Source: an uncultured Gemmatimonadales bacterium (GTDB lineage Bacteria; Gemmatimonadota; Gemmatimonadetes; Gemmatimonadales; Gemmatimonadaceae). Taken from it: a stretch of DNA of 64,000 nucleotides. The notes beneath the pieces were generated by a model. That model was not told the origin of the DNA. It worked only from the letters and a program-made list of their open reading frames with translations, and ran no database searches. The stretch spans positions 992,001 to 1,056,000 of the forward strand of contig CAWBZV010000003.1 in the NCBI GenBank assembly GCA_963793305.1, given 5' to 3'. A program made the translations under genes and the position numbers. Positions 20,028-30,312 of the stretch are shown piece by piece (position 1 is the first letter of the stretch; each line of letters opens with the position of its first letter).

Positions 20028-21251
20028 ATGCCGATCGACCGCCGCTCTTTCGTTGCCACCGCCGCGGCCCTCGCGGCGTCGGCCGTTCGACCGCCCCAAC
20101 TGCTGGCCGCCGAGCCGCTCGCCGCGGCCGTCGGCCCCGATCCACTTGGCGTCCGCGCCGACTTCCCCATAGTCGCCGAGCGCTCGTACCTGAACTCGGC
20201 GTACATCGCGCCGATCCCGCGCGCGGTGGTCGCGGCCGGAACGCAGTTCCTCGAGGACAAGTCGCGACGCCCTCTCGTCGTCGACGACGACCTCCTGGCC
20301 GCCGACGAGACGCTCCGTGGGCAATTCGCGCGACTGGTCAACGCGACTCCAGACGAGATCGGCATCTTGTTCTCGACCGCCGAAGGCGAGAACATCATTG
20401 CCCACGGCCTCGGTCTCGCGCCCGGAGACAACGTCGTCATCGACGAGCTCCACTACCCGACGGAGTTCGTGCTGTACCGCGCGCTCGAGGCCTCTAAGGG
20501 GATCGAGCTCCGGATCGTGAAACACCGGAACGGCGCCGTCGACGCGAATGACTTCGCGCCGCACGTCGACAAGCGCACGCGGATCGTCTCCGTGGCCTGG
20601 GTGTCGCACCAGAACGGCTTCCGCCATGACATGCGGCCGATCGCCGATCTCGCCCACAGCGTCGGCGCGGTATTCTACGCCGACGCGATACAAGCGGTCG
20701 GGATGATCCCCATCAACGTCCGTGCGGCGGGCGTCGACGCGATCTGTTGCGGCTCGTACAAGTGGATGCTGGCCGGGTTCGGCGTCGCGCCCTTTTTTGT
20801 ACGCCGGGATCTCATAGACCGTCTCAGCATTGATAGATATGGCGAGTTTCAGGTCGACAAAGAGCTCCCCGACCACCACTTCACGCTCGCCACGACCGCG
20901 CGCAAGTTCGACTACTGCAGCCGTGCGTTCGGCGCCGTCCATCAGCTAAGCGCGGGGCTCACCTACCTCGAAACAGTCGGCGTGCCGCGGATCGAAGCAC
21001 ACACCGTCGGCCTCGCGCGGCGACTATACGATGGCCTCAGCGCGCAAGGCCACCACCTGTTCACGCCACCCGACAACCGGTCGTCGATCGTGACGATCTA
21101 CACCTCGAAGCCCATGGCCGATGTCCGCTCGGCGTTTCACGCGGCCAAGGTCGATGTCACCGTGCGGAACGGCCAGGTGCGCATCGCGCCGGCGTTGTTC
21201 AACACGGCCGACGAAATCGATCAGTGTCTCGGCATTACGCGGCAGATATGA
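20028..21251 (+). CDS. Class V PLP-dependent aminotransferase with Tat signal peptide
   Basis: MPIDRRSFVATAAAL; RADFP, YLNSA, YADAIQAVG, GSYKW (PLP Lys), RIAPALFN. Confidence 0.9.
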   Translation: MPIDRRSFVATAAALAASAVRPPQLLAAEPLAAAVGPDPLGVRADFPIVAERSYLNSAYIAPIPRAVVAAGTQFLEDKSRRPLVVDDDLLAADETLRGQFARLVNATPDEIGILFSTAEGENIIAHGLGLAPGDNVVIDELHYPTEFVLYRALEASKGIELRIVKHRNGAVDANDFAPHVDKRTRIVSVAWVSHQNGFRHDMRPIADLAHSVGAVFYADAIQAVGMIPINVRAAGVDAICCGSYKWMLAGFGVAPFFVRRDLIDRLSIDRYGEFQVDKELPDHHFTLATTARKFDYCSRAFGAVHQLSAGLTYLETVGVPRIEAHTVGLARRLYDGLSAQGHHLFTPPDNRSSIVTIYTSKPMADVRSAFHAAKVDVTVRNGQVRIAPALFNTADEIDQCLGITRQI

Positions 21252-22569
21252 CCCGGCTGCTGACCGCACTGGCGCTGGCGACGGCCACGGCGGCCGCGCA
21301 ACCGTTGCGCTATCCGGTGATTCCCACCCAGTACGAGCACCTCCCGAACGGTCTCAAGGTCGTTCTCGCGCCCGACTCGAGCGCATCCCTGGTCATGGTG
21401 GGCGTCTACTACGCGATCGGCCAGCGCACGGAGCCGGTCGGACGCGAGGGATTCGCGCATCTCTTCGAGCACCTGATGTTCGAGGGATCGACGAACCTCC
21501 CGCCCGGCGCCCTCATTCGGCTGATCGAGTCGAACGGTGGAACGTTCAACGGCAATACGCGCTTCGACTTCACCGACTACTTCGAGATCACGCCCCCCGC
21601 GGCGCTCGAGCGCATGCTGTGGGCGGAGGCAGACCGCATGCGTGGGCTCGTGGTCGACGATGCCGCGCTCGGGCGGCAAAAGGCGATCGTGAAAAGCGAG
21701 ATCCGGTTGTCGTACGTGAATCAGCCGGACGGTGGATTTCCGTGGCTCGACGTTCCCCAGGTCGCCAACCGGAACTGGCAAAATGCGCACGACTTCCGCG
21801 GCCGGCCGGACGAGATCGATTCGGCTACACTCGCCGACGCGAGAGCGTTTCATGCGGCGTACTACGTCCCGAACAACGCGGTGCTGGTGGTCTCGGGCGC
21901 GTTTGGCGCCGCCGAGGCGCAAGCGTGGATCACCAAGTACTTCTTGCCGACATTCCGCGCGGCGACGCCGTCCACCGACCCGACGTGACCGAGCCGCCGC
22001 AGACCGCCGAGCGGCGTGGCGTGCGGATTGACTCGCTGGCCAAGCGGCCAGTCCTGGCGGTCGCGTTCCATATGCCGCCGCGCCGCACTCGCGCATTCTG
22101 GGCAATGGTGCTGATCGATCAGATGCTCATCCAGGGTGACGACGCGCGGCTCGGCCGACTCGCCGATGCCGTTTTTGGCGGCACAAATCTCCAGGGCAAC
22201 TTCTACAACTATGAGGGGCCGATGCTGTGGACGATCGCGGCCCAGTATCGCTCGCTCGATCAAACGGATACGATCGTCCGCACGATCCAGGACGCGCTCG
22301 CCCGCCTTCGGAAGCGGCCCGTCGACTCAACGGCGCTCCGCGTCGCCCGCCAGAAAGCGCACTCGGCCTACTATGACGTACTCGACAACCTCGGCGGCTT
22401 CGGCCGACTCGACCTGCTGGCGTCGTTCGCGCTGTTCGACGACAACCCGACCGAGATCAACCGGATCGAGGCCTCGCTCGACGAGGTGACGGCGGCCGAC
22501 ATTCAGACGGCGGCACGCGAGTATCTGTCGCCGCCGCAAGCGACCATCTACGTCCGACGTCCAGCCTGA
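21248..22569 (+). CDS. M16 (pitrilysin/insulinase) zinc peptidase, catalytic subunit; apparent frameshift at about 21944
   Basis: LPNGLKV, GFAHLFEHLMF (HxxEH), YYVPNNAVL; the C-terminal half continues in another frame (ADIPRG...PDVTEP). Confidence 0.88.
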
Positions 22570-23684
22570 TGCGCCTCGCGTCGCTGTGCCTGCTCGTTCC
22601 TGCGCTGGCCGCGGCGCAACGCGTCACCCTAATACCATTTGGCGCATCGCCGAAAGCGCTGGTACGAGTTCAAGTCAGCACTGGCGAAGCGTGCGGGTTG
22701 CCCACGACCCTGGGGCGCCCGCTCGCCGACTCGCTCGCGCACATGGGTGGCACGCTGACCGTCACCGTTCGTCCAGAGCGCATTGACCTGACGGTCGACG
22801 TCCTCAGCACCTTTGCTCCCGCCGCGATCGGCATACTCGCTGGGATCGTGCGCTCTCGCGACGTCGAGGCCGTGGCAGGCGTCCCGTCATCGAATCTCGA
22901 TTCCATCGCGGCCGCCACGTTCCAGACCGCGCTGTTTCCGACGCGTGGATCCCGACGCTGCGACGCGAGTGTGACGCGTGTCATCGTCGTTGGCCGTTTC
23001 GCGGCGCCATTGGTCCGGGAGGCGATCGCCAAGTCGTTCGATGGCGGGCCGAGTCCTGACACGCAGCCAGCACACCCGGTACGCACGGCGGCAGCGCCGA
23101 GTCTGACCTTCGTGCACCGGGCGGGCGCGAAGCAGGTCGCGCTCGTGGTTGGCGCGCCGACTCCGGGTCCTGCTGACTCCGACTTCACCCGGCTTCGCGT
23201 GATGAACACCGTGCTTGGCGGAGGAGTCTTCTCGCGCATCACCCGAAATATCCGCGAGGCAAAGGGCTACGCGTATGCGCCGGCGAGTGTGCTCGTGACC
23301 GCGCCATCCGGTACGACATACTGGACAGAGACCGCCGACGTCGCGGCCAATGTCGCCGAGCCGGCGTGGGCGGAGATCATCGCCGAGATCACACGCCTGG
23401 GCGCGGCCCCGCCCGACACGACGGAAGTCTCGGGCGCCGAGCGGTACCTCGTTGGCCGTTCACTGTTCGAGCTGTCGACACGACTCGGCCAGGCTGACGC
23501 GGCCGAAGCGGGCATCACGATGCGCGACTCGCCGCCGTCGAGTGGCGAAGACGTGCGGCGTGTCGCGCACACGTACCTCGCTCCACAGCGCCTCACGATC
23601 GTCGTTGTTGGCGACACCCTCGCGCTGGGCCCGCAGCTCGCGGCCATGCGCAAGGCTGTCAGTACGTTTCCAGCCCCGGAATAG
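22569..23684 (+). CDS. M16 peptidase non-catalytic partner subunit
   Basis: VMNTVLGGGVFSRITRNIREAKGYAY, TIVVVGD; no HxxEH; signal peptide. Confidence 0.8.
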   Translation: MRLASLCLLVPALAAAQRVTLIPFGASPKALVRVQVSTGEACGLPTTLGRPLADSLAHMGGTLTVTVRPERIDLTVDVLSTFAPAAIGILAGIVRSRDVEAVAGVPSSNLDSIAAATFQTALFPTRGSRRCDASVTRVIVVGRFAAPLVREAIAKSFDGGPSPDTQPAHPVRTAAAPSLTFVHRAGAKQVALVVGAPTPGPADSDFTRLRVMNTVLGGGVFSRITRNIREAKGYAYAPASVLVTAPSGTTYWTETADVAANVAEPAWAEIIAEITRLGAAPPDTTEVSGAERYLVGRSLFELSTRLGQADAAEAGITMRDSPPSSGEDVRRVAHTYLAPQRLTIVVVGDTLALGPQLAAMRKAVSTFPAPE

Positions 23685-26335
23685 CCCGCACCTCGAACGT
23701 CGCGCTGCTCTTCTCCTTGCCGTACGTGATCGTCACTGAGTACGTGCCCGGATGCACGAACTTCGACTCGCCGGATCCGTACGAGGCGAGGAGATCTTTG
23801 GTCGGCTTCAGGTCCCACACGATCCGATTGAGACCGCTCAAGGCCGCGCCGCTCAGGTGCGCGATCGGACGTTCCGTCCTTGTTGGTGATCGCGACGCCG
23901 ACCGTGTCGCCGGTCGCCTGCTTGAGCCAGTAGGTGAGAATCAAGCCGTCCGGAGCACTCGCGGCCCGGAACTGAGCGTTCCCCTCCCACTCGTCGTAAC
24001 TCGGCAACGGTTCCGACTCGACGGCCGTGTCGGGCGTGAAGAGATGCAGCGGCTCCGCGAGTATCGGTCGCGTGATTTGCGTGAGCGGCCGCGCGCGATC
24101 GATGACGAAGAGGCTCCGGCCTTGCGTCGCGATCACGATCGAGTGCGTCTTCGGTTCGATCACGATGTCGTCGACCGCCACGGTCGGCAGCTCGCCGAGC
24201 GTCGACCACGTCTTGCCACGATCGAGCGACAGCCAGAGTCCGTGCTCGGTTCCCGCGTAGAGCACATTGCCGTTGACGGGATCCTCGCGCAGGACCCGCA
24301 CGGGCTCGTTCGTCGGCAAATTGCCGGCGATGCTCTGCCACGTCGCGCCACCGTCCGCCGTCCGATAGATGATCGGCGCGTAGTCGCCGTCGTGCTGTCC
24401 GTCCCATGCGACGTACGCGACGTTGGCGTCACTGTGTCCCGCCTCGACACGGCTCACTTTGTGCCCGCGCGCCGGCACTGGGACAGTCGGTGTCACGTCC
24501 GTCCAGTGCTCGTCGCCATTGGTGGTCCGCCAGAGCTTTCCGTCATCCGTGCCGGCCCACAATACGCCTGCCTTCACCGGCGACTCGGCCAGCGTATACG
24601 CCACGCCCCACGTCTCGGCGCCGCTCCCTACGGCTTGGTACTTCGCCAGATCTTTCGTCGAGAGATCGGGCGAGACAACCTTCCAGTGCTCGGCGCGATC
24701 GGTGACCTTGAAGACGACGTTGCCGCCCAAGTACAGCGTGCCTGGCTCGTGCGCGCTCATGATGAGCGGGGCCAGCCAGTGGAATCGGAATGCCGGCTCG
24801 CCTTCGCCCGGCGCGGGACGAAGGCTCTTCGTCTGGCCGCTCCGGAGATCAATGCGGACCATGTCGCCGTCTTGAGACTCGTAGTACACGATATTCGAGT
24901 CCGCGGGATCGAACGCGCAGTAGGCGCCGTCGCCGCCGCCCAGCGACTGCCAGTCGGCGTTACGAATCCCTTCCTTGCTCCGGACCTCGCTGGGTCCCAC
25001 CCAACTGTTGTTGTCCTGCAAGCCGCCGCAGATGCGATAGGGCGTCGAGCGATCGACGTTGACGCGATAGAACTCGCCGACGCCGAACTTCTCGAGGTGA
25101 TCCCAGGCGTGGGCGAGGTTGAACGACTGATAGAAGCCGCCGTCGTTGCCGATCAGGACATGCTCGTGATCCGATGGGTCGATGGCCAGCGCGTGGTTGT
25201 CGGGATGCAGGCGCTTGCCGAGGTCCTCGCGCCATGTCGTGCCTCCGTCCTCGGAGACGACGAGGATGAAGCCCAACAGATAGACGCGCTGGGAGTCGGC
25301 GGGGTCGACGCGGATCTGACTGAAGTAGAAGGGGCGCGGGTCGAGGTTGGACACGCGCGTCCAGTGCTCGCCGGAATCTCCGGACCGGAAGACGCCGCCG
25401 GCCTTGCTCTCGTTGTTGCTCAGGCCACCTGTCCCGCCGGTATTGCTCTGGACGACGGCGAAGATGATGTGGGGATCGCGGGTGTCGAGCGACAGGCCGA
25501 TGCGCCCGGTCTCCGCCGGCAAGCCGCCCGCGAGCTTGTGCCAGGTCGCGCCGGCGTCGGTGCTCTTGAAGATGCCGCCCAAGTCCTTGCCGTCCGTCGC
25601 CGTCGGGCCAAACGTGAACGCCCACGGCCGCCGGCGTCTCGCGTAGAGCGCGGCGTACACGACGTTCGGGTTCGACGGGTCGATCGCGACATTGCCGGCG
25701 CCGACGCGATCGTCGTACGGCGCCTGTGCGCCGAGGACCTTGTGCCAGGTCGCGCCGGCATCGGTGGTCTTGTACAGCCCGCGCTCTGTGCTCGGCATCC
25801 AGAGGTCGCCGATGACCGCGACGTACGCGGTCTTGGGGTCCGTCGGGTGGACGACGATGCGCGCGATCGCCTTGCTGTTCCCGAGTCCGACATTCTTCCA
25901 GGTCGTGCCAGTGTCAGTGGAGAGGTACACGCCATCACCCCACGTCTCGGAGTTGCGATCGTTCGCCTCTCCGGTGCCGACCCAGACGACCGTCGGATCC
26001 GATGGCGCGACGGCAATGTCGCCGATCGTCGCGACCTTTTCGTGGGCGAAGACGGGGCGGAAGGTGATGCCGTTGTCCGACGTCTTCATGACGCCGCCCA
26101 TCCCGAAGCCGACGTAGTAGCGGCTCGGGCGCTTGGGGTCGAACGCGATGCTCGAGACGCGGCCGCCCATCACGGCCGGGCCGATCCCTCGCGCCTCGAT
26201 GCCGTGGGGCAGCACCAGCGTCGTGCTGTCGCTCGGCGGCGTCTTGCCAGTTGTGGTACGTTGGGCGTTGGCTGACGAGCCAACGATAACGGCGGCCAGG
26301 AGCACCGCGTATCGATGAAGATCACGAGTGTCCAT
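23659..26335 (-). CDS. Secreted VPS10/BNR-repeat (Asp-box) glycosyl hydrolase-like protein; apparent one-base insertion at about 23872
   Basis: RGIGPAVMGGRV, many S/T-x-D-x-G-x-T-W boxes, GGLQDN; the C-terminus GLNRIVWDL...PGTYSV is in the adjacent frame. Confidence 0.9.
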
Positions 26336-26384
26336 GGGTGATAAGCTATGCCACGCCGGGCGCTCTCACGAGGGGGTCGCTGCC

Positions 26385-27224
26385 TTGATCACGGTGCTCG
26401 ATGGACTGGCGTTTCCCGAAGGCGCGCGCTGGCACGACGGGGCGCTCTACTTCTCCGATATGCACGATGGCATCGTCTGGCGACTCGCGCCGGATGGAGC
26501 GACTACGAAAATCCTCGAGATTCGAACCTTGCCGTCGGGCCTGGGCTGGCTGCCGGACGGGTCGATGTGTGTCGTCTCAATGGAAGACCGGCGCCTGCTC
26601 CGGCTGACGCCCGAGTCAGATATGTCGGTCATCGCGGACCTGAGCACGATCTCGCCCTACGTGCTCAACGACATGGTGATCGACCAGGTCGGGCGCGCGT
26701 ACATCGGTACATTTGGCTGCGACTTCAATGGCGGCGATCCGCCGCGGCCGACGCAGGTATTTTGCGTGCAGCCAGATGGGAGAGTCTCGGTGGCGGCCGA
26801 TGGGATCATGTTTCCGAATGGCGCGGCTATCAGTGCTGATGGACACACGTTCATCGTCGCCGAGACATTCGGCGAGTGTCTGTCCGCGTACGACATCGAT
26901 GCGGACGGCGCGCTGTCGAATCGCCGCGTCTTCGGCGGATACAGTGGCTTCGTACCGGACGGCCTTTGCCTCGACGCGGAGGGCGGCGTCTGGGTCGCCT
27001 GCCTCGGCGCCAACCGGATCATTCGCATGATCGACGGCGGAACGATCACCGACACGATCCCGCTGCCTGGCCGAGACTCCTACGCCTGTGCGCTCGGCGG
27101 CGCCGATCGCCGCGACCTCTACATCTGCACCGCGCGGTCCTACGTCCCGTCGGAGACCAGGGCACTGCGCAGCGGACGGATCGAGGTCGAGCGCGTCGCG
27201 ATCCCCGGAGCTGGACTGCCATGA
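26385..27224 (+). CDS. SMP-30/gluconolactonase/LRE family protein
   Basis: FPEGARW, LNDMVID, FPNG, PDGLCLDAEGGVW; RBS GAGGGGG before the TTG. Confidence 0.9.
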   Translation: MITVLDGLAFPEGARWHDGALYFSDMHDGIVWRLAPDGATTKILEIRTLPSGLGWLPDGSMCVVSMEDRRLLRLTPESDMSVIADLSTISPYVLNDMVIDQVGRAYIGTFGCDFNGGDPPRPTQVFCVQPDGRVSVAADGIMFPNGAAISADGHTFIVAETFGECLSAYDIDADGALSNRRVFGGYSGFVPDGLCLDAEGGVWVACLGANRIIRMIDGGTITDTIPLPGRDSYACALGGADRRDLYICTARSYVPSETRALRSGRIEVERVAIPGAGLP

Positions 27225-27637
27225 CCATGCCGCGCCACATTCGGATCACGGTCGGGGACCTGATACTCACAGGTGTGTTAGAGCACGAGCGCGCGCCGGC
27301 CACGTGCGCGGCATTCATGAAGCTGGTGCCGCTCCGCGCGCAGCTGATTCAGGCGCGCTGGAGCGGCGAAGCCGCCTGGGTCCCACTCGGCGAGCTCGAT
27401 GTCGGCGTCGGCCAGGAGAATCTCACGCACCGGCCATCGCCCGGTCAGTTGCTACTCTATCCCGCCGCCGAGAGCGAAACGGAGATCTTGCTGCCGTATG
27501 GAATCACCGCTTTCGCGGCCAAGTGTGGGCCGCTTTCCGGCAATCACTTTCTCACCCTTCGTGAGGGATTAGAGCAGCTGCCCGAGATCGGCCGGCGTGT
27601 GCTGTACGAAGGAGCCCAGCCGATCGCGTTCGACTAA
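27221..27637 (+). CDS. DUF3830 family (cyclophilin-like) protein
   Basis: APATCAAF...ARWSGEAAW...EN.T..PSPG...SETEILLPYG...GNHFLT. Confidence 0.82.
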   Translation: MTMPRHIRITVGDLILTGVLEHERAPATCAAFMKLVPLRAQLIQARWSGEAAWVPLGELDVGVGQENLTHRPSPGQLLLYPAAESETEILLPYGITAFAAKCGPLSGNHFLTLREGLEQLPEIGRRVLYEGAQPIAFD

Positions 27638-28167
27638 CCCTCCGGCCAACTGGGCGTGTCGTCATCGAGCGGAATCCCCGCGGTCTTGACGAACCCGGCG
27701 ATCGCGCGCCAGCACCCGGCAATGACCACGAGCTCGACGAGCTCCTCCGGCGTGAATGCCTTCTCCAACGCAGCCCATGTCGCCGGCGTCACTTGGGTGG
27801 AGTCGTGCAACTCATCGGCGAGTGCGATCACTCGCCGGTCGATCTCGGAATAGGCCACGCATCGCTCCGGGTCTCGCACCCCGAGAATCTCCTCCTCGGC
27901 AATGCCGAGCTCGCGCGAGATGCGCACGTGGTTGCAGAACACGTACTCCGAGCCGGTGCGCCAGCCGATGCGGAGGATCACGAGCTCCCGCGTGCGAGCC
28001 GCGACGGTGCTGTGAAAGAACAGGGTATCGAGGACGCCATAGACGGCTGATGCGGCCGACGGGCTGTGGAGGAGACCACGGAATATGTTGGCCGTAGCCA
28101 GCCAATCGAGCACGCCGAGCTTTTCGCCCAGCCGGGCGGATTCTTCAACGGGTAGTAGGCGGAGCAT
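27634..28167 (-). CDS. Carboxymuconolactone decarboxylase/AhpD-like protein
   Basis: NIFRGLLHSP, RTRELVILRIGW...SEY...H, ELVELV; RBS GGAGGTGA. Confidence 0.82.
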   Translation of the reverse strand: MLRLLPVEESARLGEKLGVLDWLATANIFRGLLHSPSAASAVYGVLDTLFFHSTVAARTRELVILRIGWRTGSEYVFCNHVRISRELGIAEEEILGVRDPERCVAYSEIDRRVIALADELHDSTQVTPATWAALEKAFTPEELVELVVIAGCWRAIAGFVKTAGIPLDDDTPSWPEG

Positions 28168-28228
28168 TTCTCACCTCCACCCCTATTCTACTTCGCAGTA
28201 TGCTACCTGTAATGCTACCGGAGTCTCG

Positions 28229-28408
28229 ATGAAACTGGTGAGCGTGCGCGATCTCCGAAATCGCCTTGAGGCCGGGTTGCGGACTGCCCGGGCGCAACTG
28301 GCGCTGTCACGGATGCGCCGGCGAGCGGCGCGGACGGGTCGCGATCGGCCGACGGCCGAGGAGCTAGACGCGGAGATCAAGGCGACGCGGCGCGAGCGGC
28401 GGCGTTAG
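28229..28408 (+). pseudogene. Internally deleted Phd/YefM-type antitoxin remnant, with no adjacent toxin
   Basis: N-terminal MKLVSVRDLRN (Phd-like) is joined directly to the C-terminal RAQLALSRMRRRA...EELDAEIKATRRER; only 59 aa; direct repeat ATGCTACC x2 upstream. Confidence 0.55.
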
Positions 28409-28440
28409 CGGAGTGGAGCGGTCGAGAGTAGTTTGAACGT

Positions 28441-28521
28441 GTTCCGCGCGGGGCACCTCGGCGACTGGCGCCGAAAGGGCTAGGCCCGCCCGCTGAAACT
28501 CTCAGCGAGGTGCGCCCATTT
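28441..28521 (+). ncRNA. Candidate structured cis-regulatory RNA leader sequestering the SD of the VOC gene
   Basis: GGGCACCTC (28451-59) pairs with GAGGTGC-G-CCC (28507-17) and encloses three hairpins; -10 TAGTTT at 28429-34. Confidence 0.5.
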
Positions 28522-29154
28522 ATGCCTACCCTAGAGACGTATCGTAAGCAAGCCAAGCTTCTCCTTCGCTGGCACCGCGAGGGGAACTATTCCATTGGCG
28601 AGAAAGTGCGGCGGCTCGAGCGCTGTCGGGCACTGACCGACCGCGAAGTGTTGGCGCTCAAGTTCACGTTGACCATGGCGCAAGAGATCGTCGCGATCGA
28701 AGCCGGCCATGCGACCTGGGCCGACCTCAAGGGCGCGGCAGCTAACGCGGCGAAGACGCCACGCGCGAATGCCGGACCGCCTGTCCTGCAGGACGTTGTC
28801 CCGATCCTCTTCGTGCGCAACGTCGAAGCGGCCGCCACGTTCTACCAAGGGATGCTCGGCTTCGCAATCGATTTTCTCTACGGCAAGCCGCCATTCTATG
28901 GCGCCGTCTCGCGTGACGGAGTGCGCCTGCATTTGCGCTTCGTGCACGAGCCAAACTTCGCGCAGTTTGCCGCGCGCGAGGAATCGCTGATCCTGGCGAC
29001 TATCGAAACCTCGGACGTGCGAGGTCTGTTCGAGGAGTTCAAAGCGCGCGGCGTCGACTTCGCGCAGACACTCGTCAAGCAACCGTGGGGTGGGACGGAT
29101 TTCCACGTGCGCGATCCCGATGGCAACGTGATCTCGTTCGTGACGTTCGGCTAA
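28522..29154 (+). CDS. VOC/glyoxalase (bleomycin-resistance-like) protein with extra N-terminal helical domain
   Basis: VPILFVRNVEAAATFY.GMLGF...QPWGGTDFHVRDPDGN; N-terminal PTLETYRKQAK...AQEIVAIEAG..TWADLK. Confidence 0.88.
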   Translation: MPTLETYRKQAKLLLRWHREGNYSIGEKVRRLERCRALTDREVLALKFTLTMAQEIVAIEAGHATWADLKGAAANAAKTPRANAGPPVLQDVVPILFVRNVEAAATFYQGMLGFAIDFLYGKPPFYGAVSRDGVRLHLRFVHEPNFAQFAAREESLILATIETSDVRGLFEEFKARGVDFAQTLVKQPWGGTDFHVRDPDGNVISFVTFG

Positions 29155-29241
29155 AAGCGGGACACCCCGTCCCGTCCTGAGCCGGAATCGTCCCAAGCTG
29201 TATAGTGGCAGGTAGCAATCGGCCATACCGTATACAGGAGT

Positions 29242-30312
29242 ATGGCCGATGTTGCTACGCGCATCGTGTACCGGGCGTCCGAGCTAAGCGATGCGTTGGA
29301 ACGCGCGCCATCCCTGCTCGCGCTCGCTCACGGCGATCCGCGGGTCGATCCCGGGTACCTCTTTCTCCGTGCCACCGCCAAGCGCCGCGGCGCGGTCGCG
29401 GCGGTGGTCTACGAGGACGCCCAACCGGTAGGGTGTCTGTACGCGATCGAAGATCGCATTCGTGGCGCGCGATCCGGGATGTTCTCGATCGGCGACCGGA
29501 CGGGTGCGGGCGTCATGCTGGCCGCACCGGCGCACCAACGATTGGTGTTCCAGCGCGGATTACGCGCGTTGCTGTCCCTGGCTCGCGTGCATACGGTCCA
29601 GGTCAATGCCATAGAGACGACATTCGGCGCGCATGGACTCGCGCGTGCCGTGGCAGACGTTGCCACGGGCCATCAAGCCACCACGCGGCACAGCCACTAC
29701 ACCCTGCCGAATCGACTGCAATTACAGAGCAGCTGGGACGAATTCCTCTCGACCCTCGGGCCCGACACGCGGCGCAACCTGCGACGCTATCCCCGGCGCG
29801 CGGCGCGCTCCGGCATCGCGTTCAAGCCAGCGATCGACGCCGCGACATTCCGCTCTGCATTCGAGTCCATCCGACCCCATGCCAATCGCTGGGACGGCGT
29901 CGATCCTCGCCACTTGGCGCTCGGCGAGCCCGACGCGATTCGGGTCGGGCTGCACTCGACCGAGGACGGTTGGCTGAGCGTGCTGGTGGGATGGCAGCAT
30001 GGCCAGCGGGCATTCATCGCGACGCAGATGAATCATGGTGGGCTCCCCCACCTGTCCCTCTCGATGGTGCTCAGAGCCTCGCTCATCCAAGCGCTGATCG
30101 ATCGCGGAATCCGCGAGGTCGTCTTTCTCGATGGATGCGCCGGTGCGCTGCAGCTCTCCTGTGTCGAGGAGCCCATCGAGCGAGCGCACATCGAGGTCCA
30201 CACGCCGCTCGCCGACCTCAGTCGCCGCGCGCTCAGAGTCCTCTGGCCGCGGCTCGCCAATCGGATCTTTCGCGACGATCCGGCGCCACTGCTCTGGCGA
30301 CCTCGTTACTGA
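29242..30312 (+). CDS. GNAT-fold acetyltransferase-like protein (CelD/BcsL, Acetyltransf_6 type)
   Basis: SSWDEFLSTLGPDTRRNLRRY.RR motif; RBS CAGGAG. Confidence 0.6.
   Translation: MADVATRIVYRASELSDALERAPSLLALAHGDPRVDPGYLFLRATAKRRGAVAAVVYEDAQPVGCLYAIEDRIRGARSGMFSIGDRTGAGVMLAAPAHQRLVFQRGLRALLSLARVHTVQVNAIETTFGAHGLARAVADVATGHQATTRHSHYTLPNRLQLQSSWDEFLSTLGPDTRRNLRRYPRRAARSGIAFKPAIDAATFRSAFESIRPHANRWDGVDPRHLALGEPDAIRVGLHSTEDGWLSVLVGWQHGQRAFIATQMNHGGLPHLSLSMVLRASLIQALIDRGIREVVFLDGCAGALQLSCVEEPIERAHIEVHTPLADLSRRALRVLWPRLANRIFRDDPAPLLWRPRY

Noticed and set aside
18249..20942. 897-aa ORF as a single protein
   Set aside because: The N-terminal 312 codons are antisense to the aminotransferase; the real start is 20006.
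23717..26275. 852-aa plus-strand ORF and similar long antisense ORFs
   Set aside because: Shadow frames of real genes in high-GC DNA; no motifs and Arg/Ala-biased composition.
28424..28510. Glycine riboswitch (GAGAG, GCCGAA and AAACTCTCAG resemble aptamer motifs)
   Set aside because: CTCTCAGG reads CTCTCAGC, so the conserved CC/GG pairing is absent; there is no second aptamer and the downstream gene is unrelated to glycine. Kept as an unassigned structured leader.
29157..29175. Rho-independent terminator after the VOC gene (GCGGGAC/GTCCCGT hairpin)
   Set aside because: No U-tract follows, so support is insufficient.
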